24,000 nt of DNA, taken from Spiroplasma endosymbiont of Clivina fossor (GTDB taxonomy: Bacteria > Bacillota_I > Bacilli_A > Mycoplasmatales > Nriv7). Positions 1 through 9,514 of this stretch are shown one piece after another. Within the stretch, counting starts at the first letter, position 1. The number at the start of each line of letters is the position of its first letter. The position numbers and the translations under genes were made by a program. Below the pieces are notes generated by a model. That model was not told where the DNA came from and did not search any database. It saw nothing but the letters and a program-made list of their open reading frames with translations. The DNA is taken from assembly GCF_964031115.1 (NCBI RefSeq), contig NZ_OZ035006.1, forward strand, positions 1,465,605 to 1,489,604, read 5' to 3'.

Positions 1-959
1 TATACATTAAAATATAATACCGCTGTTTGTTGGTTTGGAGTTAAACCCTTATGTTGGTATTTTCATTTTCAGAGATTTAAATAATTTTGAATATTAGTAA
101 AACCTAAACCATGATAATGAATTAAGGCTTCTTTAAGACTAGATTGTAATTTACTGATTTTATTTAAGTTACGATAACTAGCTTCAGGATTAATTGTTGT
201 TTTAGTTACACATAAAGTAGAATTTGTTTGTTTTGCTACTAAAAAATATAATTTTTGCATATCAGAAGTAATAATTGAATTTTCGTTAATTAATTCTTTG
301 TTCATATTTTCAATAACTCATTGTTTTTGTAAACGTTTGGTGTTTGTGGATTTAACATAAATATTGTTATTATTATCAATTGCCATTTGAATACAGCATT
401 TAGTATTAGTTGCGAATGGGTCAAGGTGAATTCTTCGTGGATCAGTTTTATATTTGAAATTTCCTTTATGGATTTCTTTAATAAATGTTTCATCGATTTG
501 AATTTTACCAGATAATTTTTTAAATTTTAATTGGGTATTTTCTAATTGTTTTGATTTCATTAATTTTTGACGATTATATCAAGCAGTTTTTAATGTAGTT
601 TTAATAAAACGAGAAATTGTTTTACTAGATTGCCCCAGCAATGAAATTTGAATCAATAAATTTCATTGTTCATAATTTAAATGACTTCAATAAATAAAAT
701 GATTACGAAAAGCGTCAAAACTTGCACGGCAATTTTTACATAAATATTTTTGTTTTCCTTCTGAATTATGTCCATTTTTAACGCAATGGTAAGATTCACA
801 TTTAGATCATTTAATACCTTGCGCTCTAAATTTTTGATCAATTTCATTTAAACGTTTTTGTTTTTTTATTAATTCTGCTTGTTGTTTGACTTTTTCATAA
901 AATTCTAAAAATTGATCATCTGTTAAAGTATTTACTAGTTCTTGAATTATTTTTTCTAT
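1..959 (-). pseudogene. IS copy A transposase. The frame is continuous under code 4, but ATG is replaced by ATA (959-957) and the first zinc-ribbon Cys codon is TGA (809-807).
   Basis: ORFs 69-305 and 318-560 and position 959 share one frame (coordinate mod 3 = 2). Copy D has ATGGAAAAAATA where copy A has ATAGAAAAAATA. Upstream in frame there is only AGG TGG ATA ATA ATT after a TAG. The last base of the stop codon lies outside the window. Confidence 0.55.
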
Positions 960-1045
960 AATTATTATCCACCTCTATCATATTAAAAATATACCTAAAA
1001 TTAAGTATATTCAATAAATATCAAGAGTTTTCGACAAAATTAAAA
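1..1045 (-). mobile_element. IS1595-like insertion sequence, copy A (inverted relative to B/C/D; its transposase-distal end runs off the window start)
   Basis: Near-identical to 22173-23318 in reverse complement. Terminal IR TATCAAGAGTTTTCGACAAAATTAA at 1019-1043 followed by an A-run. Positions 1-60 are the reverse complement of the region just before the transposase stop in copy D. Confidence 0.85.
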
Positions 1046-1278
1046 AAAACATTTAGTATTTATTTTTATGATTTGTGATATCATTTCAGGAACCCTTATG
1101 ATTCTATTGCCAACAAAAATTATAAAAATATTTTCATTCATTTTAAATATCCTCTCTAATTTAAATTTATAAACAAAATAAAAAAATAACAAAATCTTAT
1201 ATAAACTTGTTATTTTTGCTTTTAAGTTACAATACCATAACTTAATATTAATCAATTATGCAATAAAAATTGTTAAAA

Positions 1279-1660
1279 TTATGAATTATTTTTAACTAAT
1301 TGTAAAGATGCTTCTAAATCTTGAAAAACGCGATGCGATTCATTAGCATTTACTAAAAATATTTGTTGATGTTTTTCTAAAAAGTTATCAATTAATTTTA
1401 AAACCATCACCGAATCCGTTTGCTTACTTTCTAAATCTAATCATAATTGCTCTAATTCAATTTTAAAGTTATAAGCAATATTAATACCTTTAGCAATAAT
1501 AACATTAGCATTTTGATTAGCATTATTAATAATTTCAGTTTGTTTATCACGGAAATTTCTTTGCAAATCATTAATATATTTTTCTAAAGTATAAATTCGT
1601 TGTTTTAAAATATCATTTTCTTGTTTTAATTTATCAATCACCATTTGTTTCTCATTCAAT
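1279..1660 (-). pseudogene. 3' part of a coiled-coil protein gene (possibly DivIVA-like) split by an IS5-like insertion
   Basis: ORF 1441-1659 continues through TGA at 1441-1443 to TAA at 1279-1281. It joins in frame to the 5' fragment at 2729-2754 once the IS and one AAT copy are removed. Confidence 0.6.
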
Positions 1661-1831
1661 AGACTTCTTGCAAAATTAATATGATAATTATAATTTTTAA
1701 ATTTAAAATAAATATAAAAGTGTTATTAAAATAATTTTTAGATTATTTTTACAAATATTTTGTCATTAAAACATAATAAAAATTATTATTTACAATAAAA
1801 AAAGACTGAAATTTTAAATTATCAAATATAT

Positions 1832-2661
1832 TTAAACTAATAGTTGTAAATTATAAATTGAAGCTATTAAATTAAATCTTAAAGCAAATCTTTTTCTACG
1901 ATTTCGATATTTTTCACTAATAATTTTAAATTTTTTAAGTATAGCAAAAACATTTTCAATAACAATTCTCATTTTTGAAATTCGCTCATTATTTTGCTTT
2001 TCTTCTTTATTTAAAGGGTTTTTCTTTGATTTTCTTTTAGGAATTAAAACATTATGATTAATTTTTTGTATGCCTTGATAACCTAAATCCACTAAAACAG
2101 TTGTTTCTGGTAAAAATTTAATTTTTGAATCTTTTAAAATTTTAAAGTCATGGTTTTTACCATAAGAAAAATCAGAACTAATAATTTTTTTACTATCTTT
2201 TTCAATTATAACTTGTGTTTTTATTGTGTGTTTTTTCTTTTTTCCTGAGTAGTGCTGTTTTTGTCTTTTTTTGGGCGTTGGATTTGGCTTTCAGTTACAT
2301 CAATTATAACAGTCTTATCTTTGAAATAATCTTTTAATAGTGATTTTTGACCAGTAAGTTGTTGAAAATTAGGGTGTTTTATTAAAGTGTCTTCAATTCA
2401 TTTGATATTTCTATAACAACTACTTTCACTAATATCATAACTTTTTGCAATATGAAAATAAGTTCTATATTCTCTTCAATATTCTAAAGTCATTAAAATA
2501 CGATTTTCTAATGATAATTTATTGGTTCTTCCGCGACGAAATCTCTTTTTTAATTCTTCTATTTTTAAAATTTCTAGCATTTTATTAAAAGTAGTATGTT
2601 TAATACCAGTTAATCTTAAAAAATTTTTATCACTTATTTGATTATTTTTTTTAAATTTCAT
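1832..2661 (-). CDS. IS5-like DDE transposase, two frames joined by a -1 shift at the A7 run (orfA 2221-2661; orfB frame to 1832)
   Basis: Manual code-4 translation gives MKFKKNN...LEYWREYRTYFHIAKSYDISESSCYRNIKWIEDTL...VIIDVTESQIQRPKK, then -1, then RQKQHYSGKKKKHTIKTQVII...LVDLGYQGI...RIVIENVF...LQLLV*. The DDE triad is recognisable (IDVTE, VDLGYQG, IENVF). Confidence 0.75.
2266..2272 (-). other. Candidate -1 ribosomal frameshift site (A AAA AAA on the minus strand)
   Basis: The zero frame reads CCA AAA AAA GAC and stops 17 codons later (TAA 2221-2223). The -1 frame continues as AGA CAA AAA CAG CAC TAC TCA GGA (RQKQHYSG), the conserved continuation of this transposase type. Confidence 0.5.
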
Positions 2662-2728
2662 TTAAATTCCACCTTTTTATTAAAAACAACAATTCAATTA
2701 TATTTTAAATTAATTTTGCAAGAAGTCT

Positions 2729-2754
2729 AATATATAATCTCTGGAATAATTCAT
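2729..2754 (-). pseudogene. 5' fragment (ATG + 8 codons) of the IS-disrupted coiled-coil gene
   Basis: GGTGA RBS, then ATG at 2754-2752. Reads ATG AAT TAT TCC AGA GAT TAT ATA TT and abuts the IS end at 2728. Confidence 0.55.
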
Positions 2755-2781
2755 AATCATCACCTATTAAAATCATAACAT

Positions 2782-2808
2782 AAAAAATAGACACCCATTA
2801 TGTCTATT
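2782..2808 (-). terminator. Rho-independent terminator downstream of sepF
   Basis: Minus-strand RNA has stem AUAGACA/UGUCUAU (2801-2807 pairs with 2787-2793), a 7-nt loop and a U-run (plus-strand A-run 2782-2787). Confidence 0.6.
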
Positions 2809-2855
2809 AAATATTTATTTTACATAAAAATCTCTGATCGCTAAAATAATAACTA

Positions 2856-3236
2856 TTAAAAATTTTCATTACTAATAAAAACATAAGCACAAGCATCAAT
2901 TTTTTGTGCTTTACCTTGTAAAGTATAAATAACGCCACCTAAAAACTCTAAAGTGCGTTTGCGATCAATTGATGATAAATTTGCAACATTAACAATTAAA
3001 TTTTCACCAGCAACTAAACGGTCTGCTAAAACAACAACTTGAGCATAAGCTTCTAATTCATATTCTAATAATGGTTTTGTTAAATTATCATCAACTGCTA
3101 ATGACTGCACAGTAGGACTTAAATCATTATCTTGAAGTCGCATTGTTGAGTGCAACTGTGACAATACTGGATTAGTTGCTGTGTCATCATTAGGAACTAA
3201 TATTGCTGATTTTTTTTGTCTTCTTTTAAACATCAC
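2856..3236 (-). CDS. sepF: Cell division protein SepF (DUF552)
   Basis: 126 aa lying immediately after ftsZ. C-terminal half ...LVAGENLIVNVANLSSIDRKRTLEFLGGVIYTLQGKAQKI... matches the SepF fold pattern. GTG start at 3236 (ATG at 3233 also possible); TAA stop. Confidence 0.8.
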   Translation of the reverse strand: MMFKRRQKKSAILVPNDDTATNPVLSQLHSTMRLQDNDLSPTVQSLAVDDNLTKPLLEYELEAYAQVVVLADRLVAGENLIVNVANLSSIDRKRTLEFLGGVIYTLQGKAQKIDACAYVFISNENF

Positions 3237-3237
3237 A

Positions 3238-4422
3238 TTATCGCCCTCTTAAAAATGGTGGTAAATCATCATCATTACTTAATTCCTCTTGTAAACCATC
3301 ACCAGATGGTTTAAAATTACCAACTCGTTGCGGTTTATAAATAACATTTCGTTCTTGTAACTGATCATTTTCATAACCAAAATTAGACAAATTTTCTGCT
3401 CCTACGGGGCGAAATCTTTTTAATCGTGCTTCTTCAATAACCTGAGGATTAGCTTTCTCAATTTGTCTTTCATCAAAACCAGTAGCAATAACCGTAACAA
3501 TCATTTCATCATCAAGATGTTCGTTCACAGCAACACCAAAAATAATATTTACTTCACTACCAGCAGCTTGATGAACAATATCAACAGCATCATTAGCATC
3601 AAATAATGACATAGTATTACCACCTGTAACATTTACAATCGCATTTTGCACCCCTTTAATTGACGCTTCCAATAATGGTGAAGAAATCGCTTTATTAGCA
3701 GCCTCAATAGCTTTATTTTCACCAGTACCAATACCAATACCAAATAAAGCACTACCCTTACTTTCAATAACTGTTTTAACATCAGCAAAATCTAAATTAA
3801 TTAACGCGGGAACAGCAATTAAATCAGTAATTGTTTGTACTCCTTGTCGTAAAATATTATCAGTTTCATTAAATGATTCTGTTAAAGGCACACCACCAAT
3901 TACTTGCAATAACTTATCATTAGAAATAATTATTAATGAATCAACATGCTTTCTTAATTCTTCAATACCTTGAACAGCATAAGAACTTCTTAAACGACCT
4001 TCAAAAGTAAATGGTCTTGTAACAATCGCAATTGTTAAAGCACCCAAATCTTTAGCAATTCGAGCAATAATCGGTGCAGCTCCCGTACCAGTTCCACCGC
4101 CCATCCCAGCGGCAATAAAAACCATATCAGAATTTTCTAACATCTTTTTAATTTCCGGTTCAGTTTCAATTGCTGCTTGCTTACCAATTTCTGGATTAGC
4201 ACCTGCTCCTAAACCTTTAGTTAATTGTTTGCCTAAAATAATCTTTTCACGAGCTTTAGAAACGCTTAATACTTGAGCATCAGTATTTGCAACAATGAAA
4301 TCAACACCTTGAACTCCTGCCTCGATCATGCGATTAACAGCATTGTTTCCAGCTCCGCCAACACCAATTACTTTAATATGAGCTACTTGATCATATTGTT
4401 CTAGTTGAGTATCATTATTCAT
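3238..4422 (-). CDS. ftsZ: Cell division GTPase FtsZ
   Basis: 394-aa uninterrupted ORF with tubulin signature [10 protein letters not shown], and [17 protein letters not shown] near the N-terminus. Confidence 0.97.
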   Translation of the reverse strand: MNNDTQLEQYDQVAHIKVIGVGGAGNNAVNRMIEAGVQGVDFIVANTDAQVLSVSKAREKIILGKQLTKGLGAGANPEIGKQAAIETEPEIKKMLENSDMVFIAAGMGGGTGTGAAPIIARIAKDLGALTIAIVTRPFTFEGRLRSSYAVQGIEELRKHVDSLIIISNDKLLQVIGGVPLTESFNETDNILRQGVQTITDLIAVPALINLDFADVKTVIESKGSALFGIGIGTGENKAIEAANKAISSPLLEASIKGVQNAIVNVTGGNTMSLFDANDAVDIVHQAAGSEVNIIFGVAVNEHLDDEMIVTVIATGFDERQIEKANPQVIEEARLKRFRPVGAENLSNFGYENDQLQERNVIYKPQRVGNFKPSGDGLQEELSNDDDLPPFLRGR

Positions 4423-4464
4423 TTCTCTTCATCTCCTCTTTATGAATTAAACCGGCAAATATTA

Positions 4465-5703
4465 CTAATACTTATGAACATAATCTAACTTATGATTCTT
4501 AGGTATGTTCGGATATTGTGGTTCTCTATTTATTCTATCAATTGAAAATACTTTTTCAATAGTATTTTTGTTTAATAAATGTTGATAATAAGCATTACCA
4601 ATAAGTCCTGACCAAATTTCATCATTAGCACCAATAATATTAGAATTATAAAACCGTAATGATGCTAAATTACTATTTTTATTAATATAATTAACAAAAC
4701 CAGCAATCTTCATTACTTCACCTAAAAACACAATTGGCAAATTTCTCGCTTTCAAAATATGTGTCAAATGCTCCGTAATTTTAATTAAAACTGCCTCAAC
4801 ACGACTAATAATAATATTTTTTAATGTTTGATGACTATACTCCAAATATTTCTTTTTCTCATAATCATATTTAGAATAAATAATCTTATTATCCAAAAAA
4901 TTATTATCAATATTAATAATTTTATGTAAATAGTCTTCAGCAACATCTCACGGACATTGTAAAGCATATTGTAAATCAGCAATAAGATTTTTAAACCCAT
5001 AATCAATAATATTTAAATCATACAGTGTTTCTTTAGCAAAAATACTTACTTGCGTATTATCATAATTTCAATCAATAATAATTGCTCCATCTTGTAATTC
5101 TTTGCGAGAAACTGTTGCTCAAGCATGACAAAAAGGCATTAAAACTAAAGATAACAACTCTAACTTACTATAATTTATTGCTTCTAAATGTGAATTATAA
5201 ACTTCTTTTTTAATTGTATAGACTAACGAATTAACCGCAACACTTGTTGCTAACTCATCAATTGGCGGGTATGGTAACTTTTTCTGCCCATTAACAATAA
5301 ATTTATATGGTCGTGTCAAACAAATAACTTCATCATTAGCAAGAGAAATATTTTTACTCATTGCAATCAAATTACTAATATCTTCATTAGTAATCCGATG
5401 TTGTTTGCGATTAATTTCAATTATTGCTTGCCCTTGACGAATAGTTAAACCATTACTTACTAAATTCAAAGTCACGCGTTTAATTTGAATTGCTAATTGC
5501 AAATTAGCCTTTTTAACCATCATATTAATAAGTTTACCCACAACTTTAGGTTCTAATACCACACCATTCTCACAAAAATTACCATTTTGCATATGATTAA
5601 ACAAAACATTAAACTGTGATTTATGATAACTAAAAACCATAAATTTAATGCGTTTAGTATCTATTTCAATAACTGCATAAAGCTCTTGATTAATCACTAA
5701 CAA
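4465..5703 (-). CDS. ftsA: Cell division protein FtsA (divergent)
   Basis: ORFs 5119-5703 and 4465-4896 are in one frame. I translated the gap and found only TGA codons (5119, 5071, 4951). Lies between rsmH and ftsZ. TAG stop at 4465. The RBS AAGGAAGG (5713-5706) is better spaced for GTG at 5697 than for TTG at 5703. Confidence 0.8.
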
Positions 5704-5711
5704 TACCTTCC

Positions 5712-6641
5712 TTAAAATTTTCTGATTGCTCTTAATTTAGCACTACGAGCACGAGAATTTTCTTGAATTTCTTGCTCACAAGGAGAAACAGTTTTTTTAG
5801 TTAATAATTCAAAACTAGGGTCCCTTTTGATTGACATTGGTAATTTAGATAATAATGGATCAAATTTAGGAACTACCTGTTCTTTAAATAATGTTTTAAC
5901 AATCCGATCTTCCAAAGAATGAAAACTAATAACCACAAGCACCCCTTTTGATTTTAATAGTTGCAAAGATTGCTTTAACGAAACTCGCAAACTATCTAAT
6001 TCATCATTGACGGCAATTCTTAATGCTTGAAATGTCTTTCTGGCTGGATGTTTAGCCTTTTTTAAAATTTTCATTGGTAAGGTACTCTTAACAATATCAA
6101 CAAGTTGTAATGTTGTTATAATTTTACTATTTTCACGATATTTTACAATAGCTCGTGCGATTGTTCTTGCAAACTTTTCTTCACCATAATTTCATAAAAT
6201 ATTAGCAATATCTTCAAAACTTCAATTATTAACAATAACTTCTGCCGATAGCGGTTGTTTTTGATCCATTCGCATATCTAAGGGACCATCTTGATGATAA
6301 CTAAATCCTCGCCCTGCTTCATCTAATTGTGGTGATGATACTCCTAAATCATAAATAATACCATCAACTTGTAAAATATTTCTTAATTGTAATTCTTTCT
6401 TTAAATGACGAAAATTAGTGGCAATAATTTCATAATTATGAAATTTATTTAATATTACTTTAGCATCAATAATTGCTTGTTTATCTTGTTCTAAACAATA
6501 TAATTTTCCAGTTGTTAACTTTTCTAAAATTTTCTCACTATGTCCTGCCCTTCCTAAAGTACAATCCACATAAATACCCTCAGATTTAATATTTAATAAG
6601 TCTAGGGTTTCTGACAATAAAACTGGTTTATGTTTTAACAT
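5712..6641 (-). CDS. rsmH: 16S rRNA (cytosine1402-N4)-methyltransferase RsmH/MraW
   Basis: ORFs 6222-6641 and 5712-6074 share a frame and are joined through TGA codons (6222, 6192). Motifs: HKPVLL..., DCTLGRAGHS, DLGVSSPQLD, FHSLEDRIVK. Confidence 0.93.
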
Positions 6642-7081
6642 TAATTTTTCTCCTCAATATTCATTATTAAATTTTGAGCAGATTGTTCTAAATTATTTTC
6701 AGCATTTACTAAATAATTTTCTCACGCCTTAATGTCTCAAATTTCTATTTTATTAGCAAGTCCAATAATCATAACTTCCTTCTTAATATTAGCCAATATT
6801 AATAAATTTGACGGAAGATTAATTCTTCCAACTTTATCAATATTAAGTTCTAAAGAATTAGCAAAAATTTGTCGTTGTAAGATACGACTATCCTTTATAC
6901 CTTCTGAACTTAATAAAATTTGCTCTTGTCATTTAATAAACACATCATACGCTCTTAATACTAAACAACCATCAAATCCTTTAGAAATGACTACTTGCTC
7001 ACCTAGTTTACTACGAAAGCGTGTCGGAACTATAATTCTGCCTTTATCATCAAGACTATGTTTAAATTGTCCTAACAGCAT
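6641..7081 (-). CDS. mraZ: Transcriptional regulator MraZ
   Basis: Not in the ORF track because of internal TGA. Manual translation gives MLLGQFKHSLDDKGRIIVPTRFRSKLGEQVVISKGFDGCLVLRAYDVFIKWQEQ...DKVGRINLPSNLL... (146 aa). The stop TAA overlaps the rsmH ATG (TAATG). Confidence 0.9.
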
Positions 7082-7088
7082 ATTATAA

Positions 7089-7113
7089 CCCACTTTCTCC
7101 CACTAGTAAACAC
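7089..7113 (-). promoter_or_regulatory. Putative MraZ operator: three direct repeats phased at 10 bp
   Basis: Minus strand reads aatGTGTTtactaGTGGGagaaaGTGGGttataatATG. Boxes lie at 7113-7109, 7103-7099 and 7093-7089, between the predicted -10 and the mraZ ATG. Confidence 0.6.
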
Positions 7114-7142
7114 ATTATATTCCTAATTAACAAGTTTTTCAA
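7114..7142 (-). promoter_or_regulatory. Sigma-70-type promoter of the dcw operon
   Basis: Minus strand has TTGAAA (7142-7137), a 17-nt spacer, then TATAAT (7119-7114). Confidence 0.6.
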
Positions 7143-7173
7143 TAAAATTTAACACAATTTATTAAAAATTTTA

Positions 7174-7211
7174 AAAAAAGCACTGCTATTATAAGCAATG
7201 CTCTTTTTTTA
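7174..7211 (-). terminator. Rho-independent terminator after rpmF (flanked by A- and T-runs, potentially bidirectional)
   Basis: Plus strand reads AAAAAAAGCACTGCTATTATAAGCAATGCTCTTTTTTT. An 8-bp stem (one G-U pair on the minus-strand RNA) is followed by a U-run. Confidence 0.7.
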
Positions 7212-7234
7212 TCATTTGAAATTAAATACAAATT

Positions 7235-7414
7235 TTACTCAACAATTTTAACTGCTTCTTTGCCTTTGTAATAACCACATTCTTTACAAATACGATGAGG
7301 CTTAATATTTGCACCACAATTAGTACAATTAACTAATGTTGGATGTCATAATTTAAAATGTGTTCTTCTTTTCGCCTTTCTTGTTTTTGATGTACGTCGA
7401 AACGGAACTGCCAT
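7235..7414 (-). CDS. rpmF: 50S ribosomal protein L32
   Basis: Manual translation gives [59 protein letters not shown] (59 aa, one TGA = W). The ATG overlaps the upstream stop (TAATG). Confidence 0.93.
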
Positions 7415-7926
7415 TATTTATCCTCCTTAATACTTTCTAATTTCAATTTTTTTAAGGGCATCCAACGACTATCTTGTTCTAAAGAATTATAAACTTCTTT
7501 TTCAGTAATAAATTGTCATTTCTTACCTTTCCTACATATTTTAACATTTTTTACTGTTAAATTGATAGGGGTTATTGCAAATATTTCATCTCACAAATAC
7601 TTATCTAAATAAAATATTTTTTCATTAATATAGTTTAAATTACAATTAAAGTAATCAAAACCATACTCATCCTTTCAATTTCATTCATTAGTTCAACTAA
7701 AAGGTTGTAAACTTAAAGCACACAATAATGTTATTGTTACTGTCACTTGCACATCAATAATTAATGAATTAACTTGTGAGTTATAAATTATTGTCCCTTT
7801 AAGATGCGCATAATTAACTTCTTTAATATGACTATTACTAGCTCTTATCACTTCGGGATTAATCGTAATAACATTATCCAAATTAATAACTGGATTATTT
7901 TTTAAATAACTTTGTGGATATTGCAC
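7414..7926 (-). CDS. DUF177 / YceD-family protein (large-subunit rRNA accumulation protein)
   Basis: GTG start at 7926 preceded by GAGGAAG. 170 aa through 5 TGA codons. Ends ...EQDSRWMPLKKLKLESIKEDK*. Shows the classic yceD-rpmF arrangement. Confidence 0.8.
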
Positions 7927-9484
7927 AACTCTTCCTCACTTTTTTTGCACTATCTAATTTTAAATAAGAACGATATTTTTTTCAAGTCATAATTAATATT
8001 GGGATTGATATCAAAGCTGAAATTGGTGCTACCAAACCTAAAAATAAAAAATAATAATGAGCATTTTTAGTTGTCAAAGCAACGAAATAACCAATAACAA
8101 TACAAGGTATAAAAACAATTATTGAACGAAGCGCCGAAAAAAATAATGACATCTTAGGGCGACTAATTGATTGATAAAAAATAATCCCAATATATGGCAC
8201 AACAACTGTTGGATAAACTAAACAACTTAACAAGAAATATCAACGATAAGTCATATCAACATTAGAAATAAATAGACTTAACATTTCATTACCAAAAATA
8301 CCAATAATTAATTCGGTAATTATTAATATTAAGAATTGTACTAAAATTATCCTTTTAAGAATATCTCAAATCCTTTGATAATCTTTAGCACCATAAGAAT
8401 AAGATAATAATGCCCTTCCTCCTTGACTAACACCAATTAAAGGAGAATCAGTTAACGCAATTCATGGTGCAATCCCAGCAAATAACTGCACAACTCATGG
8501 AACAGTAAAACCCGGCCGAGGTAATTCACTACTTAACATAGAAACAAAAAAATTAGATAGTGCGGATGTCACAGCAACTGAAATATTAATAAATAATGGT
8601 GTCATTCCAATAGCAATAATATTATATAAAATTGTTTTTTCAATTTTCAAATCTTCTCAATAAATTTTTAACTTTGATTTCGGATCTAAATAGATAACTA
8701 ATAATGCAAAAATAATATTTCAAAATCACGAAATAACTGTCGCAATCGCTGCCCCTTTTAATCCTAATTTACCATAAACCATTAATACAATATCTAAAAC
8801 AACATTAACAATTACTGAAGTAAAAATAATAATTGTTGCTCAAAAACCTTGACCTTCAGATCTTAATAAATTAATTAAAAAATTACTTAATAATACAAAA
8901 AATAAAAAGAAAATAAACCACTTCGTATAACCAACTGCCAACTGCAAAGTAATTTTATATACTGCGGGATTTGTCATTTGCAAATTTTTTGATTGCAAAG
9001 CAATTAGAGGTTCATTAGTAAATACTAAAATTGGCGTTAAAACAATAGCAACAAGCATCATTAAAGAAATTCCATTACCAATAGTTCGTGATATTAATGG
9101 ATTATTTCTTTCCCCATAAGCAATACCAAACCTTGTTGATGTCCCAATAGCAATAAATAAACTAAAAGCTGTCAATAAACCAATTGTTGAAGAAGAATAT
9201 TGAGTTGCAACATTAATAATATTTCGAGCTAACATTTGTAAATTATTTTGTTCAATTAAAGGATTATTTTCTAAAAATGTACTAATAACATAACTATCAG
9301 CAAATTGTAATGCTAAAAACTTATCAATCAAATTATATGTTGACATAATAATCATAATTATAACCGTTGGCAAACACATAAAAAATATTGCTTTTCAAGG
9401 ATTATAATTGCGAATTACTATTTCTCTTTTTGTCAATTGTAATTCATCATCATTTTTAAAATTATCATTAATTATTGTTTTCAT
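7895..9484 (-). CDS. MATE-family efflux transporter
   Basis: ATG at 9484. ORFs 8840-9379 and 7982-8233 are in the same frame. I translated 8234-8839 and found only TGA in-frame stops. Multi-pass hydrophobic sequence (...KGAAIATVISWFWNIIFALL...). The first non-TGA stop is TAA at 7895-7897. Confidence 0.8.
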
Positions 9485-9514
9485 TTTTATACCTTTCTAG
9501 TTAATAAATAACGA

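Larger units (their letters stand above)
1661..2728 (-). mobile_element. IS5-family-like insertion sequence (1,068 bp)
   Basis: Perfect 19-bp terminal inverted repeats: AGACTTCTTGCAAAATTAA (1661-1679) and TTAATTTTGCAAGAAGTCT (2710-2728). 3-bp direct repeat AAT at 1658-1660 and 2729-2731. Encodes an HTH + DDE transposase. Confidence 0.85.

Noticed and set aside
302-493. 63-aa alternative-frame ORF inside the IS transposase (also 22725-22916), and 4821-5006 inside ftsA
   Set aside because: These are out-of-frame overlaps of clearly coding frames. Their composition is driven by the host gene.
1040-1255. 71-aa minus-strand ORF
   Set aside because: It spans the IS-A terminus into AT-rich spacer. 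It has no RBS and is low-complexity, so it is most likely non-coding.
6732-7088. 118-aa plus-strand ORF
   Set aside because: It lies exactly antisense to mraZ, whose minus-strand translation (MLLGQFKHSLDDKGRI...) is unmistakable. It is a shadow ORF in AT-rich DNA.
7081-7090. TATAAT immediately before the mraZ ATG as the -10 box (leaderless mRNA)
   Set aside because: It ends 1 nt before the ATG, so transcription would start inside the gene. The upstream TTGAAA-17 nt-TATAAT pair is a much better promoter.
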